Source of the DNA: Limisphaerales bacterium
GTDB taxonomy: Bacteria > Verrucomicrobiota > Verrucomicrobiia > Limisphaerales > CAZKNW01
Assembly: GCA_965658675.1 (NCBI GenBank)
Contig: CBFHTT010000031.1
Coordinates: 175,716-239,715, forward strand
Direction of reading: 5' to 3'
Length of the DNA stretch: 64,000 bases
Of the stretch, positions 26,793 to 35,262 are shown in pieces. Numbering within the stretch: the first letter of the stretch is position 1; every line of letters starts with the position of its first letter. The position numbers and the translations under genes are program-made. The notes under the pieces were generated by a model, which worked only from the letters and a program-made list of their open reading frames with translations, ran no database searches and was not told the DNA's origin.

Positions 26793-29354
26793 TCAATTGC
26801 CAAGAAAGGTCATCAAATCACGAATTTCATAATCCGTCAGCCCGGCAAGAATCCCTGTCGGCATCAGCGAATGCTTGTTCTCACGCCTTTCAATGATGTC
26901 GGTCTTCAGAAAGCCCTGCTCACCACCACTCAGATCGCGATAAAACTCCTTCCCGCTCGAACCACCCTTTCGAAGCATGATTCCCGTAAAGTCAGTTCCG
27001 TCCTTGAGCTGAATGGTCCATGAGAAGAACTGTGGCGCCACTTCCTTGTTCGGCTGCATCAGTGACTCAATCAACCACTTCGAATCAGCTCGATCATTCA
27101 CCGCAGACAGCTCAGGCCCCACCACCTTGCCCCGCCCTTCGTGGCGATGACAACTCGCACACATGGCCACTCGTGGATGGAAAAAGATCCGCCGTCCTTC
27201 AGCCGCATCGCCCTTGCCCGGAAGTTTAGCCAGCCGCGTGCTCCACACATCCACATGATTCCAATCAGGGCGGCCTGCTACCTGCTTGGCCGGATTCAAC
27301 ACCATCTGCCTCAAACTTTCCGCCCTGGCATCCAAGCCCTTGATGTTCTCAATGATCGCGCGCTCCTCTCTCGTCAAACTTGCCATCCTCAAGGCCCGCA
27401 GAGCCTCACGCTGCGTCGCACCCGAAGTCTCCGCCATATCCACAATCAACCCCTGAGACATCCCCACATCTGAAGCCAGCCCAAGGATACTCTCAGCCCG
27501 GATCTCATCCACCTTGCTGTGGCGCACCAGATCCGCCAGCACATCCAGCGCGGCGCGGGTTGGATTCTGCGCCAGAGTCCTGATCGCCTCCAGAGACAGC
27601 AATGGATCACCATGACTGATCATCTCCTTGAGCACTGGAACCTTTAGTGCCCCCGTATTGGCAGGCAGCAACCTCAACGCAAATGCACGCAGACGCGGCG
27701 AAGCCTTACGATCCAAGGCACGCTCAGTAAGAATCTTCCTATCCTCAATCCCAGCCCGAGGATTTCCATTCAGCGTATTCCATGATGCCAGACACGCCTC
27801 AAACAAACGGTAATCCAGATCCGGTTTTGAAAAGAGCGCCTCCACCTCAGACTTCAGTCCCACCAGATTTTCATCCGAGATCCAGCGCAGCGTCTCAAAC
27901 ACCACCTCTGAATTCGAATCAGCCAGCATCGCCTTCGCCAGATCCACATCCCAGGGACGCTTCACCTTCACCGCTAGCACAGACGTCACTCGATCCCGAT
28001 CACTGCGCCCCTGAATCCGTGAATCCGTCCAAATCCCGGCACGTCTCGACAAGGCAAGGATCGCTGCACGCGATACAAACGCATCCTCTCCCGCAGCCAG
28101 ATCAAACAACCGTTTCTCAGGAAACGAATCCGGCTTTGCCTGTAGTCGTGTAAACAGCTTCTTCGCTGCATTCGGTTTCGCTGGCTGGGATGGCTTGATC
28201 CAATCCGCATCCAGATCGATCTCCAGTTTCCAGACACGCCCCTTACCATGCAGAGCGTACGATCCAAACACCCAGTCACTCAGATAAAACACCCCCGGTT
28301 CACCCTCCGCGATACATACCGGACGAAACACATCACCTCCCGTCACAATCTCCATACGCTCAGATTTATACGTCGCGCCATCAGGAATCAGCGGAAAGAA
28401 ATCAATTCGATGATCCGCCCATGAAGGAACCAACACACCACCACCCAGAGGCACAATCCCGCAAGGCGCCTCACCTGTGCCCGTGATCATTGGCAGCGTA
28501 CTTCGCAACTCACCATTCCAAGCCACAAAAGGATGAAACGGCGCACGCCCATACAAGCGCTGATATCCATAGTCACCACCCTCCACCAAATGAATCAACC
28601 GACATGGAGGCCGCGCCCCCGGATCATTTTCCGCCACAAACATCTCACCGTCCTCACGCACACAAACGCCAAACGGATTCCAGAACCCTACTGCAAAACG
28701 CTCCAGATTCTTACCGTCAGGAGAACATCTGAATATGCCACCTTCGCCCGTGCCCGTAATCGACGTCCCATCCGTGCCAGTCAACGTCCAGACCTTCCAG
28801 AAATTCTCACCCAAAGAAAAAATCAGATTCCCGTCATTATCCCAAGCAATGCCAGCCAATCCATTATGAGGATAATCCGCCTCGGTCTCCAACACCGCCA
28901 GATCCTCTTCCTTGTCACCCACTCCATCACCGTCCGTGTCCTTCACCCTCAAGATTCGATCCCGCTCAGCCAGATACACCCAGCCATCCTTGCCCAACTC
29001 CAGATCCATTGTCGCCGCCGTCTTGTTGTAAAAGAGCGTCCTCTTACCTGATGGGGCCAACACAACCACCTCATCGAATTCAGGCCCCTCATACGACTCC
29101 GGCCGGAAATGCGTATGAGACGACACCACCCACACATCCCCCTTCCCATCCACATCGATCCCCGTAGGCGTCGACACATCCGGATGCTCCGCAATCATCG
29201 TCAGCTTCACCCCATCCGCCAGAATCTTGATCTCAGGAGCCAGATCCTCCGGCACCACCGGAGTAACCACCTTTCTTGCCGCCGCCGCAGAAGAAAACAC
29301 ACCACCCACCAGCGACAGCGCCACAACCAACCAAACCGATTTCAAAAGGGACAT
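26793..29354 (-). CDS. PVC-type heme-binding CxxCH protein (membrane-bound dehydrogenase-like propeller + HEAT repeats + C-terminal cytochrome c)
   Basis: Start at MSLLKSVWLVVALSLVGG (signal peptide). The N-terminal domain is typical of the Pirellula/Verrucomicrobium putative membrane-bound dehydrogenase family. C-terminal CASCHRHEGRGKVVGPELS ... SLMPTGI. Confidence 0.85.
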   Translation of the reverse strand: MSLLKSVWLVVALSLVGGVFSSAAAARKVVTPVVPEDLAPEIKILADGVKLTMIAEHPDVSTPTGIDVDGKGDVWVVSSHTHFRPESYEGPEFDEVVVLAPSGKRTLFYNKTAATMDLELGKDGWVYLAERDRILRVKDTDGDGVGDKEEDLAVLETEADYPHNGLAGIAWDNDGNLIFSLGENFWKVWTLTGTDGTSITGTGEGGIFRCSPDGKNLERFAVGFWNPFGVCVREDGEMFVAENDPGARPPCRLIHLVEGGDYGYQRLYGRAPFHPFVAWNGELRSTLPMITGTGEAPCGIVPLGGGVLVPSWADHRIDFFPLIPDGATYKSERMEIVTGGDVFRPVCIAEGEPGVFYLSDWVFGSYALHGKGRVWKLEIDLDADWIKPSQPAKPNAAKKLFTRLQAKPDSFPEKRLFDLAAGEDAFVSRAAILALSRRAGIWTDSRIQGRSDRDRVTSVLAVKVKRPWDVDLAKAMLADSNSEVVFETLRWISDENLVGLKSEVEALFSKPDLDYRLFEACLASWNTLNGNPRAGIEDRKILTERALDRKASPRLRAFALRLLPANTGALKVPVLKEMISHGDPLLSLEAIRTLAQNPTRAALDVLADLVRHSKVDEIRAESILGLASDVGMSQGLIVDMAETSGATQREALRALRMASLTREERAIIENIKGLDARAESLRQMVLNPAKQVAGRPDWNHVDVWSTRLAKLPGKGDAAEGRRIFFHPRVAMCASCHRHEGRGKVVGPELSAVNDRADSKWLIESLMQPNKEVAPQFFSWTIQLKDGTDFTGIMLRKGGSSGKEFYRDLSGGEQGFLKTDIIERRENKHSLMPTGILAGLTDYEIRDLMTFLGN

Positions 29355-29415
29355 AAAACGATCGTCCCCCAATCCCCCCACCCTGACGAGCCGATTCTAC
29401 AAGCGCCCCCCCGGA

Positions 29416-29437
29416 GGGACACGTTTCTACGTGTCCC
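29416..29437. promoter_or_regulatory. Perfect 9-bp inverted repeat (candidate operator or 5'-leader hairpin) in a divergent intergenic region
   Basis: GGGACACGT-TTCT-ACGTGTCCC at 29416-29437. It is 62 nt upstream of the 29354 start (minus strand) and 270 nt upstream of the 29707 start (plus strand). Confidence 0.35.
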
Positions 29438-29706
29438 ACTTCAATAGGCAGCAGAGCACCCCTCTTCCACCTAGTCACGTGCGGCTATCGCGTAGAGCGT
29501 CATGCCTTCATCGATTCAAATGTCTGAAGTTTGGGTCATGTGGAAACATGCCACTCCGGGCCCTCTTCTCTCCCCTTCAGCAATCAAGAATCACAAAGCA
29601 ACAATCACCAACCCCCCCGTCCGCGCTCCCTGCCCTTACAACTTTTTTACAATCAACTGACACGGGGATGACAACTCCCTTGGGCGTCGCAGGCAAGGTG
29701 GGACAA

Positions 29707-31011
29707 ATGAAAACGATTTCACTCTTAATCTTGTTGGGCTCCTTGGCTTCGGCTTCGGGAGCGGCTTCTTTGAAGGTTCATGAATGGGGCACGTTTACGT
29801 CGCTTCAGCGTTCTGATGGCGAACAACTCGCATGGCTGGCAACGCCTACTGAGGATCTGCCCGTCTTTGTCTACAAGGACCTCGATCCAAAGTCGACGCG
29901 TGTGGGCAATGTCTCGACATACATGATGTCGAAGGGACTGACGAAGGCAAAGCTGCGGATGGAGACGCCGGTGATTTATTTCCATTCGGATGAGGCGATG
30001 GAGGCAAATGTGCGGGTGGATTTACCGGAAGGCCGTCTGACAGAGTGGTATCCGGTGGCCAATCAATCAGGCCCGTCCCTCATGAACAACACCAACAAAG
30101 TCGATGACCTTTGGGGCCCCATCCCGAACAACAAGGCTTTCATAGAGTGGCAGGACATCGCCATTCATGCGCCCGGGCAAAAGAAGGATCTTCCTCACAA
30201 TACTGACAAGACGCACTACTACGATGCTCGGGATACGAGCGCGAACCACATTTCTGTTCCCGGAAAAGAAAGTCCGGAGAGCGAGGCCTTTCTCTTCTAT
30301 CGAGGCATTGCCCATTTTGAATCGCCGGTCATGTTGACCGAAAATCCAGACCGCGCGCTGCGTATCTACAATCGACTGAAGGGTGAAGCGATCGAGAACG
30401 CGATCATCATTGAGAACACCGGTGGTGCAATCTTGAGCAAATGGACCGGGGCTATCCCAAAAGGAAGAAACATTACTGTTCCTCATTTCGAAAAGATTGG
30501 ATCGGGTTTCAAGAAGACAACCGTCGCCAAGTTGACCCGCGAAGTGGTGGAGCAATTGACCAAGGCGGGACTCTATGAGGACGAGGCCAAGGCGATGGTT
30601 AGCACATGGGATGATTCATGGTTTGAGGAAAAAGGCACACGAGTCCTATATCTACTGCCTCAATCATGGGTGGATGAGCGCATGCCACTGCGTGTGAAAC
30701 CTGAGCCGATCGAAACGAAGCGTGTGATGGTCGCAAGATCTGAGCTTATTCGCGATGCCCGCGAGTGGACGCTCCTTAAGTCCATTCACGACTACGCCCA
30801 CGGATCACGCAAGGAACGTGCGCAGGCAATCAATGATTACAAAGCACTGGAACTGGGACGTTTCTCCGGCGCTCTTGTCGATCGATTGGTTCACACGATC
30901 AAGATGCCTCACTTCAGCGAGGCTGTGCGCGAAATGAGGAAAGAGGCCCATCCTCCGACTACGACGAAGCTCGGCCTCACAAGTTTCCTTTGGCCAAACG
31001 TCAAGCCATAG
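29707..31011 (+). CDS. Secreted conserved hypothetical protein (PVC-type, unknown function)
   Basis: Start at MKTISLLILLGSLASASGAAS (signal peptide), followed by LKVHEWGTFTSLQ. The 160-codon upstream extension in the ORF track is low-complexity and overlaps the divergent gene. Confidence 0.6.
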   Translation: MKTISLLILLGSLASASGAASLKVHEWGTFTSLQRSDGEQLAWLATPTEDLPVFVYKDLDPKSTRVGNVSTYMMSKGLTKAKLRMETPVIYFHSDEAMEANVRVDLPEGRLTEWYPVANQSGPSLMNNTNKVDDLWGPIPNNKAFIEWQDIAIHAPGQKKDLPHNTDKTHYYDARDTSANHISVPGKESPESEAFLFYRGIAHFESPVMLTENPDRALRIYNRLKGEAIENAIIIENTGGAILSKWTGAIPKGRNITVPHFEKIGSGFKKTTVAKLTREVVEQLTKAGLYEDEAKAMVSTWDDSWFEEKGTRVLYLLPQSWVDERMPLRVKPEPIETKRVMVARSELIRDAREWTLLKSIHDYAHGSRKERAQAINDYKALELGRFSGALVDRLVHTIKMPHFSEAVREMRKEAHPPTTTKLGLTSFLWPNVKP

Positions 31012-31027
31012 GTCTAACCTCTCGTTC

Positions 31028-31090
31028 ATGAGGCAAACGATCCTCATTTTCCTTTTGGCGGTTGCGCTGCCTTCCGGGGTTCTGACCTAG
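31028..31090 (+). other. Orphaned 20-codon segment encoding the probable first TM helix of the downstream kinase, ending in an in-frame TAG
   Basis: ATG at 31028 encodes MRQTILIFLLAVALPSGVLT, then TAG at 31088-31090. It is in the same frame as, and directly abuts, the kinase ORF starting with TTG at 31091. Confidence 0.5.
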
Positions 31091-32719
31091 TTGGCAGTGC
31101 AGTCGCTTCAACATCAGCTGCTGCTGGCTGAGCGTGAGCAGGCATTGCTGGCTCAGAACACCGTGGACGCGATTGCCTCGTTTGCGGATCAACGACTGGA
31201 CGATCAGGCAAATGAGTTTTCTGAAACAGTGGACAAGCTGCTGACCACCACAGAGGTCAGCCAACTGGCGCCGCAATTCGACCAGACGCTTCGCCAGGCC
31301 TGGCCCAATGCCTCCGTGGGATTTGCCGTCAACCTCCCTACTCTCAGCTGCGCGTCTCCCGTGGCCGGGTCATCGCCTGATGCGAGTCGGTTCCTTCAGG
31401 GAAACCTCAGTTTTCTCTGCAGCACAACAAACGCACCGATCTATTCCAAGGCGAGTTACCTACCTCCCAAGACCGCCCCCACTCCTACATGGGCACCTGA
31501 ACCCGTGACGGGATCCATTCCACGTCAGGCCGATTTCCCATCCATTGTAGCAGGCAAGAGCCAGAGCATCCTGTCGCGTTTTCTTCAGGACGAACTCTCC
31601 GTCATGATCTGGCATAAGCCGGACAACCATCCCGAGCAGGTTTTTGGCGCTGAGCTGGCAAAGTCGAAAGTTCAGGAGCTGCTGAGTGACAACGCCTTTG
31701 AAGCAGCGATTGCCCAGGCCAGAACGGCGTCACTGGGAAACCATCCAGATCTGAACCAGCAACTGGAGATCGCAATCTTGAACGACAAGGGATTCCCAGT
31801 TTATCCAAAGAATACCAAGAAGGAGGACTACGCCAATGCCTTTGTCTCCACCGACATCAGTGACACACTGCCGCACTGGGAAGTAACCGCACACATCAAG
31901 GATGCAGGTGCGCTCCAAGCCGCTGCTCAGGAAGCCACTTGGACACTGGGTGCCATCATCGCTTTTCTCACACTGGCCATTACCACCGGTAGTGTCTTTA
32001 TCCTCCGTCAGGTCCATCGACAAATGTTGATCGCGCGGCAGAAAACCGACTTCGTCAGTAATGTCTCTCATGAACTGAAGACGCCTTTGACGTCTATCCG
32101 CATGTTCAGTGAATTACTCGCCAACGAGAAGGAGACTGATCGCAAGAAGCGCAGCCAATTCCTGTCCATCATTCAGGACGAAACCGCACGACTGACCCGC
32201 CTGATCAACAACGTTCTGGATTTCACGCGCTTGGAACGCAAGGAACGCCCTTTCGAACTCACGGAAACCGATCTACGCAGCGTCGTTGAAAAGACCTGCT
32301 CCGACTTTGCTCCATCCATGGAACGAGCGGGATTCAAATTTCTATGGACCAACCCAGATTCACCAGTCCCAGTGTCAGCCGATAAGGATGCACTTTCCCA
32401 AGTACTGCTCAACCTCCTGTCCAACGCACTCAAATACTCACGCGATGACAAGGACGTCAAAGTCACTTTATGCACTGAGGACAACCACGCTCATGTCAGC
32501 GTTTCAGATCAAGGCGATGGTATTCCCGACGAGGACAACGAACGCATCTTTGAGAAATTCCACCGCCTACACGATCGATTGGATACAGACCGCTCCGGCA
32601 CAGGACTCGGCCTCACGCTTGCCCGCCAGATCGCACAAGCACATGGCGGACGCCTCTATCGGCAATTGGGTCAGAAAAAAGGCAGCACTTTCACATTGGA
32701 ACTCCCCTTGAGCGCATGA
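31091..32719 (+). CDS. Sensor histidine kinase (periplasmic domain, TM, HisKA, HATPase_c); N-terminal TM helix appears cut off by an in-frame TAG
   Basis: H-box VSHELKTPLTSIRMFSELL. N box LLSNALKYS. G boxes DQGDGIP and GTGLGLTLARQIA. Only one TM helix (WTLGAIIAFLTLAITTGSVFIL) lies between a domain of about 285 aa and the kinase core. Confidence 0.85.
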   Translation: MAVQSLQHQLLLAEREQALLAQNTVDAIASFADQRLDDQANEFSETVDKLLTTTEVSQLAPQFDQTLRQAWPNASVGFAVNLPTLSCASPVAGSSPDASRFLQGNLSFLCSTTNAPIYSKASYLPPKTAPTPTWAPEPVTGSIPRQADFPSIVAGKSQSILSRFLQDELSVMIWHKPDNHPEQVFGAELAKSKVQELLSDNAFEAAIAQARTASLGNHPDLNQQLEIAILNDKGFPVYPKNTKKEDYANAFVSTDISDTLPHWEVTAHIKDAGALQAAAQEATWTLGAIIAFLTLAITTGSVFILRQVHRQMLIARQKTDFVSNVSHELKTPLTSIRMFSELLANEKETDRKKRSQFLSIIQDETARLTRLINNVLDFTRLERKERPFELTETDLRSVVEKTCSDFAPSMERAGFKFLWTNPDSPVPVSADKDALSQVLLNLLSNALKYSRDDKDVKVTLCTEDNHAHVSVSDQGDGIPDEDNERIFEKFHRLHDRLDTDRSGTGLGLTLARQIAQAHGGRLYRQLGQKKGSTFTLELPLSA

Positions 32720-33396
32720 ACGACCTCATATTCATTGCAGAAGACGATCCTAATATTTCACTGGGACTGACCGAGCTTTTGACCAGAGAAGGCTTCAGGG
32801 TTGCTACTGCTGATCATGGAGATCAGGTCGAACAGCGCGTCCTCAATGAAAGCCCATCCCTCCTGATTCTCGATATCATGATGCCCGGAAAGGACGGCTT
32901 TGAAGTATGTCGCTCCCTCCGCCAACACAACGCAGATCTTCCCATCCTCATGCTCAGCGCCAAAGGTCAGGAAGCTGACAAGGTTCAGGGACTCACCACC
33001 GGCGCTGACGACTACATGACCAAGCCCTTCGGAGTTCAAGAGATCGTGGCCAGAGTGCATGCCCTGCTCCGCCGAAGCCGATCTACAAACACGCCTCAAA
33101 AGGAGATTCATTGGCACCAGCTCACCATTGACCCAGCCCGCTTCAAACTCACCAACGGCCAAACAGAACACGATCTTACCGAGAAAGAACTCGCACTCCT
33201 TCAGCGATTCATCGCACAACCCGATATCGTCCAAAGCCGCGACCAACTCCTCACCGACATCTGGGGCTACAACTATCAAGGAACCACCAGAACCCTCGAT
33301 CAAGTCATCGTCCAACTTCGCAAAAAAATCTCAGACACCACACCTCCAAGCCAACTTCTCACCGTCCACGGAATCGGCTACAAATGGGCGTCATAG
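32716..33396 (+). CDS. OmpR/PhoB-family response regulator
   Basis: ATGA overlap with the kinase stop. Receiver motifs LLILDIMMPGKDG and LSAKG...GADDYMTKPF. Winged-helix LLTVHGIGYKW. Confidence 0.9.
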   Translation: MNDLIFIAEDDPNISLGLTELLTREGFRVATADHGDQVEQRVLNESPSLLILDIMMPGKDGFEVCRSLRQHNADLPILMLSAKGQEADKVQGLTTGADDYMTKPFGVQEIVARVHALLRRSRSTNTPQKEIHWHQLTIDPARFKLTNGQTEHDLTEKELALLQRFIAQPDIVQSRDQLLTDIWGYNYQGTTRTLDQVIVQLRKKISDTTPPSQLLTVHGIGYKWAS

Positions 33397-33411
33397 AGTA
33401 ACAAAACACAG

Positions 33412-33500
33412 AGCCCGGATGCCCACATCCGGTCGAATCATTGTTTACTCTCGCGGACATAGGCGTCCACGCTCCTCTTATTACCAGTCATTCGTGACAA
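33412..33500 (+). repeat. Intergenic repeat copy A (two-hairpin element), upstream of the sulfatase gene
   Basis: GAGCCCGGATGCCCACATCCGGTCGAA ... TCGCGGACATAGGCGTCCACGCTCC ... TACCAGTC. It aligns block by block with copy B. The first hairpin, CCGGATG-CCCA-CATCCGG, is perfect. Confidence 0.6.
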
Positions 33501-33550
33501 GAGGGCCTTATTCCCCCACTCTTTCTGACAACTGATTCCGCCTCATCTCA

Positions 33551-35065
33551 ATGATCATACGCATGCATCGTCTTTCTTTGCTCACCATATTTCTATTCGC
33601 GGCAGTGGCATCTTCAGCTTCACTGCAGGCTGCTTCCAAGCTTCCAAACGTCGTCATTCTCTATGCAGATGATATGGGCGTGGGCGATGTTTCCTACGGG
33701 AAAAAGAAGGCCAAGATTCAGACACCCAATATTGATCGATTGGCCGATCAGGGAATGACTTTTACTGACGGACACAGCTCCTCAGGCATCTGCACGCCAA
33801 GCCGTTTCGCCCTACTGACAGGGCAACATCACTGGCGTCGCTTTCACGGTATTGTGAATGCATTTGGCGGCCCTGTCTTTGAGGACGGTGACTTCACCAT
33901 CGCTGGCATGTTCAAGGAAAAGGGATACAAGACCGGTGCCTTCGGAAAATGGCATCTGGGTTGGGACTTCGACGCGATTCGCATACCAGGCGTAAAGGAA
34001 AAGGACCCCAAGCCAGAATCCTACGACTGGACCAAGCGCTTTCCCGGCGGACCTGTGGAACGTGGGTTCGATTACTACTTCGGCGACGGAACCATCAACT
34101 TCCCTCCCTATTGCTGGATTGAGAACGATCGCTTCGTGACCATTCCAACCAAACCGGTAATGAAGTCCAAGCCACTTGCAGGCTCAGGTTCATTTCGCCC
34201 TGGGCCCATGGCTGAGAGTTGGAATCCTTATGACATCCTCCCGACCATCACCAAGAAGACAGTGGAATGGATCGGCAAGCAGAAGTCAGATAAGCCATTC
34301 TTTGCCTATCTCGCTTTCAATTCTCCTCACTATCCAATCGTTCCCAATAAGGAATTTCACGGAAAGTCCAAAGCCGGCTACTACGGCGACTTTGTCATTG
34401 AGACGGACGCCATGGTTGGACAGGTATTGGACGCCTTGGAAAAGCACGGTTTCGCAGACAATACGCTGGTGGTATTTTCTGCAGATAACGGAGCTGAAAC
34501 CGCAGCATTTGAACGTCTCGAAAAATTCAATCAATGGAGTTCAGGCAAGTTCCGCGGTGTGAAGCGAGACATCTACGAAGGCGGCCATCGCGTCCCATTC
34601 ATCGTCCGATGGCCCGGACAGATCAAGGCTGGTTCTGTCTCAGATGAGGTAGTCAATCAAGTTGATCTGGCTGCCACCTTTGCCAACATCATCGATCGTC
34701 CACTTACCAAGGACGAAGCCATCGACAGCTACAATCTCCTCCCTGTGCTCAAGGGCAAGAAATACTCCCGACCATTGCGCACCGCGACTGTGCAAAACAC
34801 GTCCCCCGGAAAGTTTGCGCTGCGACAAGGTGATTGGGTATTGATCGACACCTCATCCGGCTCGGCCAAAAGAGAATCCAAGAGCTATCTCAATCATTTC
34901 GGATTGGAGGGATACGGAAAGGAAAACCCTGGACTACTCTTCAATCTCAAGAACGATCCTCGTCAATCGAAGAACCTCTACGCCGAACACCCCCAACGTG
35001 TGGAGAGCATGAGAAGCCTGTTGAAAAGCTACACAAACGGCGAACGCTGCGCACCGGCGAGATAG
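33551..35065 (+). CDS. Arylsulfatase (formylglycine-dependent sulfatase family), secreted
   Basis: Signal peptide. [12 protein letters not shown], then the C-x-P-S-R motif in [16 protein letters not shown]. Also AFNSPHYP and FSADNGAE. Confidence 0.9.
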   Translation: MIIRMHRLSLLTIFLFAAVASSASLQAASKLPNVVILYADDMGVGDVSYGKKKAKIQTPNIDRLADQGMTFTDGHSSSGICTPSRFALLTGQHHWRRFHGIVNAFGGPVFEDGDFTIAGMFKEKGYKTGAFGKWHLGWDFDAIRIPGVKEKDPKPESYDWTKRFPGGPVERGFDYYFGDGTINFPPYCWIENDRFVTIPTKPVMKSKPLAGSGSFRPGPMAESWNPYDILPTITKKTVEWIGKQKSDKPFFAYLAFNSPHYPIVPNKEFHGKSKAGYYGDFVIETDAMVGQVLDALEKHGFADNTLVVFSADNGAETAAFERLEKFNQWSSGKFRGVKRDIYEGGHRVPFIVRWPGQIKAGSVSDEVVNQVDLAATFANIIDRPLTKDEAIDSYNLLPVLKGKKYSRPLRTATVQNTSPGKFALRQGDWVLIDTSSGSAKRESKSYLNHFGLEGYGKENPGLLFNLKNDPRQSKNLYAEHPQRVESMRSLLKSYTNGERCAPAR

Positions 35066-35069
35066 AAAG

Positions 35070-35150
35070 GAGCCCGCATGCCCACATCCGGTTGAAATGA
35101 AAACGCCCCTTGCGGATGTAAGCATCCGCGCCCCATACCAGTCGTCAACA
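35070..35150 (+). repeat. Intergenic repeat copy B (two-hairpin element), downstream of the sulfatase gene
   Basis: GAGCCCGCATGCCCACATCCGGTTGAA (25/27 identical to copy A) ... TGCGGATGTAAGCATCCGCGCCCC ... TACCAGTC. The second hairpin, GCGGATG-TAAG-CATCCGC, is perfect. Confidence 0.6.
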
Positions 35151-35262
35151 TAAGTCGAATTCCCCGGCTTTAGAAACCGGTTCCAACTGGCACGACAACA
35201 GGATTAGTGATAGTACGACTCTTTCTCTTTTCGATCATCCAGACTTCACACAAACACGAATC

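Noticed and set aside
29227-29706. A 160-codon N-terminal extension of the 29707-31011 ORF. Similar extensions exist at 37208-37369, 7277-7387, 12199-12303, 24520-24567 and 57696-57815.
   Set aside because: The extensions overlap neighbouring genes or are compositionally odd (Pro/Ser/Thr/Arg-rich). Internal starts give canonical signal peptides or family-typical N-termini.
33412-35150. The sulfatase-flanking repeats as integron attC sites, MITE ends or IS remnants.
   Set aside because: The copies are direct, not terminal inverted repeats. No GTTRRRY core or inverse core is evident, and I could not identify target-site duplications. The window has no integrase or transposase gene. The observation is kept as an unexplained repeat.
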